NCBI GenBank assembly: GCA_023389255.1
Contig: JAEWER010000028.1
Span: forward strand, 20,282-84,281
DNA from: Bacillota bacterium
GTDB taxonomy: Bacteria; Bacillota; Clostridia; Saccharofermentanales; DTU023
Length of the DNA: 64,000 bases
Reading direction: 5' to 3'
A program made the translations under genes and the position numbers. The notes beneath the pieces were generated by a model that saw nothing but the letters and a program-made list of their open reading frames with translations, was not told where the DNA came from and did no database searches. Below are positions 46,940-54,251 of the stretch, piece after piece (the stretch's first letter is position 1; each line of letters opens with the position of its first letter).

Positions 46940-47913
46940 TGTTTAAAGTTATCTACGATGGTACTGCCGAGCAGAAGGCACACAAGAATGTATACGCTGA
47001 TACAATTGAGCAATTAGCCAGTGAAGATAAAGATGTAATTTATCTGGATGCTGATTTGATGAATTCAGCTGGTACTTATAAATTCTGGAAAGAGCATCCC
47101 GACCAAGCCATTAACTGTGGTATTGCGGAAGCAAATATGATGGGCGTAGCTGCTGGCTTATCTTTAGTTGGCAGAAAACCATATGTACATACTTTTGGAC
47201 CTTTTGCGTCACGCAGATGTTATGATCAAACTTTTTTAAGTGTTGGTTATTCCAAAAACAGTGTGCGTATTTTTGGTTCTGATCCTGGTGTGGCTGCAGC
47301 TTTCAATGGTGGTACGCATATGCCTTTTGAAGATATGGCGCTGATGCGTGCAATTCCAGAGTCACATGTTTTTGATTTGGCAGATGGCGTGCAATTTGCT
47401 TGGACTTTACGTGCAGTCAAAGACTTATCTGGCGTAGTCTACATGCGTAGTACCCGCAAGAATTACAAAAAGATCTATGCAGAGGATTCAACTTTCGAGA
47501 TTGGTAAAGGCAATGTCCTCCGTGAAGGTACCGATTTAACAATCATTGCTTGTGGCTTGATGGTTGGTGAAGCGATGGAAGCAGCTGAGATGCTAGAAAA
47601 GGAAGGTATTTCAGCACGTGTTGTTGATATGTTTACAGTAAAACCCTTAGATGCAGAATTAGTTTGCGAATCTGCCAAGAAAACGGGTTGTATTGTTACA
47701 GCTGAAAATCACAATATTATCGGCGGTCTAGGCGAAGCTGTTGCTTCTGCTTTGGCTGGTGGTTGCAAAGCATGTCGTGGTGTAGCCTTTAAGAAGCATG
47801 GTGTTACCGATCGTTTTGGTGAAGTTGGACCTGTTGACTACCTGCAAGAAGTTTATGGCTTAACGGCAAAAGCGTTAGTAGAAACATGTAAACAAGCATT
47901 AGCTGAAAAGTAG
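46939..47913 (+). CDS. Transketolase, C-terminal (Pyr + C-terminal domain) subunit
   Basis: DADLMNS...GIAEANMMGVAAGL...GGTHMPFEDMALMRAIP. 324 aa. ATG overlaps the upstream stop (TAATG). Confidence 0.9.
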   Translation: MFKVIYDGTAEQKAHKNVYADTIEQLASEDKDVIYLDADLMNSAGTYKFWKEHPDQAINCGIAEANMMGVAAGLSLVGRKPYVHTFGPFASRRCYDQTFLSVGYSKNSVRIFGSDPGVAAAFNGGTHMPFEDMALMRAIPESHVFDLADGVQFAWTLRAVKDLSGVVYMRSTRKNYKKIYAEDSTFEIGKGNVLREGTDLTIIACGLMVGEAMEAAEMLEKEGISARVVDMFTVKPLDAELVCESAKKTGCIVTAENHNIIGGLGEAVASALAGGCKACRGVAFKKHGVTDRFGEVGPVDYLQEVYGLTAKALVETCKQALAEK

Positions 47914-47914
47914 T

Positions 47915-47943
47915 GCCGAGCGAGCTTCGCTCGGCTTTTTTTG
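47915..47943 (+). terminator. Strong rho-independent terminator after the transketolase genes
   Basis: GCCGAGCG-agctt-CGCTCGGC followed by T8. Confidence 0.85.
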
Positions 47944-47951
47944 AGGGAATT

Positions 47952-48752
47952 ATGTATATCGAAAAAGAGCTACATCCTGGCTATAACGAATATTTAAGTT
48001 TGGATGTTGAAAACGGATATGGTAGCTGGATGGATGTCGGTTTGCTCATCTTGCAAGCTGGTGACAGCTACACTTTTGCTGAAACAGAAAAAGAAGTTTC
48101 TTGGATTTTAATGCAAGGCAAGGCTGTTGCTGAATTCGATGGACAAAATGTAGAGATGGATCGTCCCAATCCCTTTGCATACAATCCATGGTGTTTATTG
48201 ATGTCTAAGAATCATAGCTGCACTGTAACTGCAATATCAGACTGTGAATTCTACGTACAAAAATCCTATAACGACAAGGAATATGCAACGCATCTTTATA
48301 CTGATCAGGAAACTGATACTTGGCATCGTGGAGATAAAGGTGAATTAGGAGACTGCATTCGTCGTGATGTCAGAACTTGTTATGACTATGAGACTAGACC
48401 CGACTCCAACATGGTCTTGGGTGAAGTGGTAAATTTACCAGGCAAATGGTCAAGTTATCCGCCCCACAATCATCCACAACCAGAAGTATATTTCTATTTC
48501 TTTGAAAAGGAGCAAGGTTTTGGTGCAGGGTGGGCAGATAATCGTCCATATGAATTGCATCATCATGGGTGTTTAGTGATTACTGATGAAGTTACACACT
48601 CACAAGTTATGGCGCCAGGTTATGCTTGTTGTTATACCTGGGGTATTCGTCATCTACCAGGTAATCCTTGGGAAAAAACAAGAATAGATGATCCTAAACA
48701 CGAATGGCTTTTAGCAGAAAATCCTCAATACTGGGATCAACCTAAACAATAG
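47952..48752 (+). CDS. iolB: 5-Deoxy-glucuronate isomerase
   Basis: Cupin with the GKWSSYPPHNH signature and a ..DDPKHEWLL C-terminus, as in Bacillus IolB. I moved the start to the ATG at 47952 (GAGGGA RBS) because the track ORF start lies inside the terminator. Confidence 0.85.
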   Translation: MYIEKELHPGYNEYLSLDVENGYGSWMDVGLLILQAGDSYTFAETEKEVSWILMQGKAVAEFDGQNVEMDRPNPFAYNPWCLLMSKNHSCTVTAISDCEFYVQKSYNDKEYATHLYTDQETDTWHRGDKGELGDCIRRDVRTCYDYETRPDSNMVLGEVVNLPGKWSSYPPHNHPQPEVYFYFFEKEQGFGAGWADNRPYELHHHGCLVITDEVTHSQVMAPGYACCYTWGIRHLPGNPWEKTRIDDPKHEWLLAENPQYWDQPKQ

Positions 48753-48784
48753 AATCATGTGCAATTGCACTGAAAGGTAAATTT

Positions 48785-49972
48785 ATGGCAGAAAAAATAA
48801 ATTACGCTGAGATGTCATTAGCAAAACATCAAGAGTGGAAGGGAAAGATTGAAGTTATCGCTACTTGTCCTGTTTCCAGCAAACACGAATTAGCTTTAGC
48901 ATACACGCCAGGCGTTGCTGAACCTTGTTTGCAGATTCAGAAGGATGTTGATAAATCCTACGAGTTAACACGCAGACACAACTTAGCCTTGGTAGTTACA
49001 GATGGTAGTGCTGTTTTAGGTCTTGGAGATATTGGGCCTGAGGCAGGCATGCCTGTTATGGAAGGTAAATGTGCTCTGTTTAAAGCATTTGGTGATGTAG
49101 ATGCTTTCCCCTTATGCGTTAAATCACAAGACGTAGATACAATAGTAGAAACCATCTATCAAATTTCGGGCAGTTTTGCTGGCGTGAATTTAGAAGATAT
49201 TGCAGCTCCGCGTTGTTTTGAAATTGAAGAGCGCCTAAAAGCTAAATGCGATATCCCCATTTTCCACGATGATCAACATGGTACGGCTGTTGTAACTTTG
49301 GCTGGCTTAATCAATGCCTTGAAGATCGTAGGCAAAAAGATGGATGAGATCAAAGTCGTTATGAATGGCGCAGGTGCAGCTTCGATTGCTATTAGCAAAT
49401 TGTTGTTATCAGCCGGTGTAAAAGATCTTATTTTGTGCGATCGCAAAGGGGTAATTTATAAAGGTCGTACCGAGGGCATGAATAAGTATAAAGAGCAGAT
49501 GGCAGAGATTAGTAATCCACGTCAAATCAAAGGCTCTTTAGCTGATGCTCTAGTGGGTGCTGATGTGTTTGTTGGCGTATCAGCTGCTGGCGCAGTTTCT
49601 CAAGATATGGTTCGTTCAATGAATAAAGATGCTATCGTTTTCGCTTGTGCCAACCCCATTCCAGAAATCTATCCAGACGAAGCTAAAGAAGCTGGTGCCG
49701 CTGTTACAGCAACAGGCAGATCAGACTTCGCTAACCAAATCAATAATGTTTTAGCATTCCCAGGTATTTTCCGCGGAGCATTTGATGTGCGTGCTAAGGA
49801 CATTAACCAAGAAATGAATGTGGCAGCAGCTCATGCTATCGCCTCACTAGTTGGGGATGATGAATTAAATCCTGAGCACATCATGCCAGATGCTTTTGAT
49901 CCAAGAGTTAAAGAAGTAGTGGCTAAAGCGGTAGCAGAGGCAGCTATTAAGACAGGCGTGAATCGTATCTAA
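48785..49972 (+). CDS. NAD(P)-dependent malic enzyme (short type)
   Basis: LAYTPGVAEPC, VVTDGSAVLGLGDIG, FAGVNLEDI..P.CF, FHDDQHGTA and GAGAA dinucleotide motifs. Confidence 0.9.
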   Translation: MAEKINYAEMSLAKHQEWKGKIEVIATCPVSSKHELALAYTPGVAEPCLQIQKDVDKSYELTRRHNLALVVTDGSAVLGLGDIGPEAGMPVMEGKCALFKAFGDVDAFPLCVKSQDVDTIVETIYQISGSFAGVNLEDIAAPRCFEIEERLKAKCDIPIFHDDQHGTAVVTLAGLINALKIVGKKMDEIKVVMNGAGAASIAISKLLLSAGVKDLILCDRKGVIYKGRTEGMNKYKEQMAEISNPRQIKGSLADALVGADVFVGVSAAGAVSQDMVRSMNKDAIVFACANPIPEIYPDEAKEAGAAVTATGRSDFANQINNVLAFPGIFRGAFDVRAKDINQEMNVAAAHAIASLVGDDELNPEHIMPDAFDPRVKEVVAKAVAEAAIKTGVNRI

Positions 49973-50005
49973 GCTGCTTAGTTAATTACAAAATTTATCA
50001 TAGAA

Positions 50006-50037
50006 ATAGCAAAGATTTAGGTCTTTGCTATTTTTGT
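50006..50037 (+). terminator. Rho-independent terminator after the malic enzyme gene
   Basis: ATAGCAAAGA-tttagg-TCTTTGCTAT perfect 10-bp stem plus a T-run. Confidence 0.8.
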
Positions 50038-50053
50038 GTTGATAGAGTACAAT
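50025..50053 (+). promoter_or_regulatory. Putative sigma-A promoter of rplU-prp-rpmA (TTGCTA-N17-TACAAT)
   Basis: -35 at 50025-50030 and -10 at 50048-50053. Leaves an 80-90 nt structured leader before rplU. Confidence 0.55.
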
Positions 50054-50137
50054 AGCCAGAGCGACCGCATGCGAATGGTCAGAAGATGCATTCCGGCACA
50101 CCATTCGTGGCGAGACTGTTTATACAGGGAGGAAAAT

Positions 50138-50449
50138 ATGTACGCGATTATTAAAACTGGTGGCAAACAGTATAAAGTAGCTGAAGGTGACACTCTGTTC
50201 GTAGAGAAGTTAGAAGCTCAAGCTGGTGACACCGTCGTTTTCGAACAAGTATTAGCAATTGGTAAGGAAGATGGTTTGACTTTAGGTAAACCTTTTGTTG
50301 AAGGTGCTAAGGTTACAGCTGAAGTTACCAAGCACGGTAAAGCCAAGAAGATTCTGGTCATGAAATATCGTCCCAAGAAAGGCTATCGTAGAACCCAAGG
50401 TCATCGTCAGCCTTACACCAAAGTGGAGATTAAAGGCATTCAAGCTTAA
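50138..50449 (+). CDS. rplU: 50S ribosomal protein L21
   Basis: [14 protein letters not shown]... with GGGAGG RBS. The track ORF start at 50036 lies in the leader. Confidence 0.95.
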   Translation: MYAIIKTGGKQYKVAEGDTLFVEKLEAQAGDTVVFEQVLAIGKEDGLTLGKPFVEGAKVTAEVTKHGKAKKILVMKYRPKKGYRRTQGHRQPYTKVEIKGIQA

Positions 50450-50778
50450 TGATCAGAGTTCGGTATAGCAGAGACCAACAAGGTCATATTACAACCTTAA
50501 AAATTTCGGGTCATGCTGCTTATGCTGAACATGGACAAGACATTGTTTGTAGTGCAGTCAGTGTTTTAGTCCAGACGGTAATCTATGAATTAGAACGCTA
50601 TCAAATCAAATTTGATTATCGTATAGCCAGCGGTGATGTAGAAATAAATCTTGATTTTCAAGAGTTGAATGAAAGAGAAACACTGCAGGCAGACACCTTG
50701 TTAGAAGCCTGTGTTAATGGTATCAGGCAAGTAAGACTAGCAAGCGGTGCATCATATATCGATGACGAGGAGGAATAA
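50449..50778 (+). CDS. prp: Ribosomal-processing cysteine protease Prp (YsxB)
   Basis: SGHA...DIVCSAVS motif. Located between rplU and rpmA. Confidence 0.9.
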   Translation: MIRVRYSRDQQGHITTLKISGHAAYAEHGQDIVCSAVSVLVQTVIYELERYQIKFDYRIASGDVEINLDFQELNERETLQADTLLEACVNGIRQVRLASGASYIDDEEE

Positions 50779-50780
50779 CC

Positions 50781-51062
50781 ATGAAGCTATTTGATTTACA
50801 GTTATTTGCAAGTAAAAAAGGTGTAGGTAGCACCAAGAACGGTCGTGATTCTCACTCTAAGCGTTTAGGCGCTAAGAAAGGTGACGGTCAACACTGTCTA
50901 GCTGGCAATATTATTTATCGTCAACGTGGTACTAAGATCCACCCAGGTGCCAATGTAGGCATGGGTAAAGATAACACTTTATTTGCTCTGATCGACGGTC
51001 AAGTTCGTTATACCAGAAAAAATCGCCGTCAAACACAAGTAAGTGTTGTTGCTTATAACTAA
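50781..51062 (+). CDS. rpmA: 50S ribosomal protein L27 (with cleavable N-terminal extension)
   Basis: [14 protein letters not shown]... The Prp cleavage motif (F|A) precedes the [13 protein letters not shown] core. Confidence 0.95.
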   Translation: MKLFDLQLFASKKGVGSTKNGRDSHSKRLGAKKGDGQHCLAGNIIYRQRGTKIHPGANVGMGKDNTLFALIDGQVRYTRKNRRQTQVSVVAYN

Positions 51063-51121
51063 GCAATACTTGTTGAGATGAATAATTAAAACCACAGATT
51101 TTTCTGTAGTTATGTTTTTGG

Positions 51122-51144
51122 AGCCAGCATTAGCTGGCTTTTTA
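51122..51144 (+). terminator. Rho-independent terminator after rpmA
   Basis: AGCCAGC-atta-GCTGGCT followed by TTTT. Confidence 0.75.
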
Positions 51145-51162
51145 TGTATTAGCAGAGGTTTT

Positions 51163-52434
51163 ATGTTTTTTGATCATGTAAAAATTGAGGTATTTGCTGG
51201 CAATGGTGGTGATGGTCACACATCTTTCCGTCGTGAAAAATATATCCCGGATGGTGGTCCAGATGGTGGCGACGGTGGTAATGGTGGCAGTGTAGTACTT
51301 GAAGCTACTAGTAGCAAAAACACTTTGGCTGATTTTCGTTTTCGTAAACATTTTAAAGCGGGGCATGGCAAACCAGGTGGTAGACAAAAGATGCATGGTG
51401 CATCTGCTCCTGATCTAGTTATTCCGGTACCTTGTGGCACTTTGGTGCTAGATGCCACAACTGATGAACTCTTAGCAGATTTAGTAAAAGAGGGAGATCG
51501 TGTTGTGGTTGCTAAAGGTGGCAAAGGGGGCATTGGTAATGTTCACTTTAAGACATCTACCAGACAAGCACCTAAATTTGCGCGAGCTGGTGTGTTAGGT
51601 GAAATTAAACAGATTAAATTGGAGTTAAAGTTAGTTGCTGATGTTGGTTTAATAGGTTTACCTAATGCAGGAAAATCCACTCTTTTGTCAGTTTTGACCA
51701 AAGCGAAGCCCAAAATTGCTGATTATCCTTTCACGACCATTGAGCCACAACTAGGAGTTGTAAGCTACGATTACAAAACTTTTGTTTTAGCTGATATACC
51801 TGGCTTGATCGAGGGAGCAGCTGATGGTGTTGGTTTAGGACATGATTTTTTGCGACATATCGAACGCAATAAGATGTTTATTCACGTAGTTGATCTAAGT
51901 GCGGGCGATGTGGAGCATGTGCTCAATGATATCAAGTTGATTGAAGCAGAATTACGTGCTTATGATGACAATTTGTTAGAGAGACCACGCTACTTAGCAC
52001 TCAATAAATATGAATTAGTTGAGCCACAGTTCATTGAAAAGCTTGAATGCGAGCTAAAATCACAGGGCTACGAACAAGTTTTTGTGATCAGCGCAGCTAT
52101 GCGCAAAGGAACGACAGAGTTGGTGAGTAAGGTAATTGAGATTATCGCTAGCTTGCCTGAACCAGTGTTTAAGATTGAACAATCAGAATTTAAGGAGTTT
52201 AAGTTTGAACCTAAACAACTGTTTCAAGTTAAAAGAGAGAATCATTATTTCTTGGTATACGGTGAATGGATCGAAAGAGTGGTACGTTCTATCAACTTAG
52301 AAGATCCTGAATCTTTCCATTATTTTCAGCGCTTGTTAGTCAAACAACAAGTAATAAAGCAACTAAAAGACATTGGTCTTAAGGAGGGGGATTTAGTCAA
52401 GATCGGTAATCTTGAGTTTGAGTGGAAAGATTAA
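51163..52434 (+). CDS. obg: GTPase Obg/CgtA
   Basis: MFFDHVKIEVFAGNGGDG... Gly-rich Obg fold, G1 GLPNAGKST, G3 DIPG, and a C-terminal TGS-like/OCT domain. I took the start at the ATG at 51163, after the rpmA terminator. Confidence 0.95.
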   Translation: MFFDHVKIEVFAGNGGDGHTSFRREKYIPDGGPDGGDGGNGGSVVLEATSSKNTLADFRFRKHFKAGHGKPGGRQKMHGASAPDLVIPVPCGTLVLDATTDELLADLVKEGDRVVVAKGGKGGIGNVHFKTSTRQAPKFARAGVLGEIKQIKLELKLVADVGLIGLPNAGKSTLLSVLTKAKPKIADYPFTTIEPQLGVVSYDYKTFVLADIPGLIEGAADGVGLGHDFLRHIERNKMFIHVVDLSAGDVEHVLNDIKLIEAELRAYDDNLLERPRYLALNKYELVEPQFIEKLECELKSQGYEQVFVISAAMRKGTTELVSKVIEIIASLPEPVFKIEQSEFKEFKFEPKQLFQVKRENHYFLVYGEWIERVVRSINLEDPESFHYFQRLLVKQQVIKQLKDIGLKEGDLVKIGNLEFEWKD

Positions 52435-52464
52435 GAAGTGGAGTCGTGAGATAAGGAAGAGAGT

Positions 52465-54249
52465 ATGCGACAATTCTTTAATTATTTTAAGCGTTTGTAT
52501 GGTCAGCCAGAGCGCTTGGCACAAATAGGAGTTTGGTTTGCTCTGACCATCGCTTTAGAAGTAACCATTCCCTTAGTGGTGGGATGGATTATTGATTTAT
52601 TGCAAGCAGGTTCAGGCACTAATATTCCTGCAATTATCAAAAGACTGTTTTCGCCAGCAAGTGGCAAGGAAGCGCTGTTTCATAACCTGATTGTTTTGAT
52701 TGGTATTTATTTACTGATCATTACGTTGAGAATGTTTATTTCCTACTGGCGGATGGTTACTTGTTATCTGTATCGCAATACAGCTCTATTGCGCTTGCGT
52801 GATAAATTCTTTAGCAAAATCCAAGATGCCACGATGAGCTGGTTACAAAGCAACAATACTGGCGATTTGGTGCAACGAGCCACTACCGATATGAAAGAAG
52901 TAGGTAATTTTGTTACTAATGGTATTCTGGCCATTGTCAGGCAGATAGCATTTCTCATTATTACCATTTGTATCATGTTGATTTTAGATTGGCATATTGC
53001 ACTTATCTGTGTGTTGCTACTACCGCTTGAGCTATATCTAGTCTATATCTTTTCGGTTAAATTAAATGCTTTGTGGCAGGGGTATGAAGAAGCTGATTCA
53101 GCCATCGTTAATTACTTACAGCAATATTTTTCGGGTATACGAGTGGTTAAAGCTTTTGGCAATCAACAATTTGAAGAACAAAATTATGAACATCTCAATA
53201 GCAATTTACGTCAGGCAGAATATAAGACAATTTTACCCAGTGTCATGATGGGTTTTTGTACTGCGCTCATTCAGTCGACTTTAGATGTCAGCGTTTTAGC
53301 CTATGGCTTATATCGAGCAGCCAATGGCGAGATTACTCTAGGTGAACTGGTGGTATTTATGCGTTACACCTACGAAGTATCAGAGAACACACGTTTCCTA
53401 TTCTTTAATCTGATGAATTCGGTGCGCATTATTGTATCCATGAGACGTCTGGATGAAGTGCTTATTGCAGAGGAAGAACCAGATGAGAGCGCACTAAAAC
53501 AAGTTCATTTACAGGGAAATATCACCTTTGAACATGTCGATTTCTGCTATCCCCAAAGTGAAAGACAAGTTTTAACGGATATCAATTTAGAAATTAAAGC
53601 AGGTGAAACGGTGGGCTTTTTTGGAGCTACAGGTTCAGGTAAGAGCACCATGTTATTACTTCTACAAAAGCTTTACCAACCATCAGCTGGTCAAATTAAA
53701 TTTGATGGTATACCGCTAGATGAGATTGATAGAACTTGCCTGCGCAAGCAAATAACTATCAATTTCCAAGATGCCTTTATTTTTTCTCGTCCTTTAGCCG
53801 ACAACATACGCTTATCTTATCCCGAAATGAGTGATGAAGAAGTAAGGCACTATGCACATTTAGCGCAACTAGATAAAGAAGTGGAGCGCTTTACTGATGG
53901 TTATCAAACCATGATAGGTGAGCGCGGTGTAACACTTTCGGGTGGTCAGAAGCAACGCTTAGCGATAGCAAGAACGCTTACGCGCAAAAGTAAAATTGTT
54001 GCTTTTGATGATTCTTTATCGGCAGTAGACATGCAAACAGAGCAGAAATTGCGACAGTTGATCAATGAGGAAAGTGAGAAAAGCACCACAATCATCGTGT
54101 CACATCGTGTGGCAAGCTTATTGAATGCAGATAAGGTAGTGGTCTTTGATCATGGGCGAATAGTAGAGGTGGGTACACCTCAAGAATTGATTGCAGGTAC
54201 AGGTTTATTTGCCAGAATTTACGACATGCAACAAAAGTATGCGAGGTAA
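52465..54249 (+). CDS. ABC exporter half-transporter (TMD-NBD), degenerate-site partner
   Basis: 6-TM domain plus an NBD with Walker A GATGSGKST and LSGGQKQR. Walker B reads VAFDDS, with Asp in place of the catalytic Glu. Confidence 0.9.
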   Translation: MRQFFNYFKRLYGQPERLAQIGVWFALTIALEVTIPLVVGWIIDLLQAGSGTNIPAIIKRLFSPASGKEALFHNLIVLIGIYLLIITLRMFISYWRMVTCYLYRNTALLRLRDKFFSKIQDATMSWLQSNNTGDLVQRATTDMKEVGNFVTNGILAIVRQIAFLIITICIMLILDWHIALICVLLLPLELYLVYIFSVKLNALWQGYEEADSAIVNYLQQYFSGIRVVKAFGNQQFEEQNYEHLNSNLRQAEYKTILPSVMMGFCTALIQSTLDVSVLAYGLYRAANGEITLGELVVFMRYTYEVSENTRFLFFNLMNSVRIIVSMRRLDEVLIAEEEPDESALKQVHLQGNITFEHVDFCYPQSERQVLTDINLEIKAGETVGFFGATGSGKSTMLLLLQKLYQPSAGQIKFDGIPLDEIDRTCLRKQITINFQDAFIFSRPLADNIRLSYPEMSDEEVRHYAHLAQLDKEVERFTDGYQTMIGERGVTLSGGQKQRLAIARTLTRKSKIVAFDDSLSAVDMQTEQKLRQLINEESEKSTTIIVSHRVASLLNADKVVVFDHGRIVEVGTPQELIAGTGLFARIYDMQQKYAR

Positions 54250-54251
54250 GA

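Noticed and set aside
51142-51533. Minus-strand ORFs (84 aa and 105 aa) rich in Pro/Ser/Thr
   Set aside because: They are the reverse complement of the Gly-rich (GGN repeat) Obg N-terminal domain, which makes them a codon-composition artefact.
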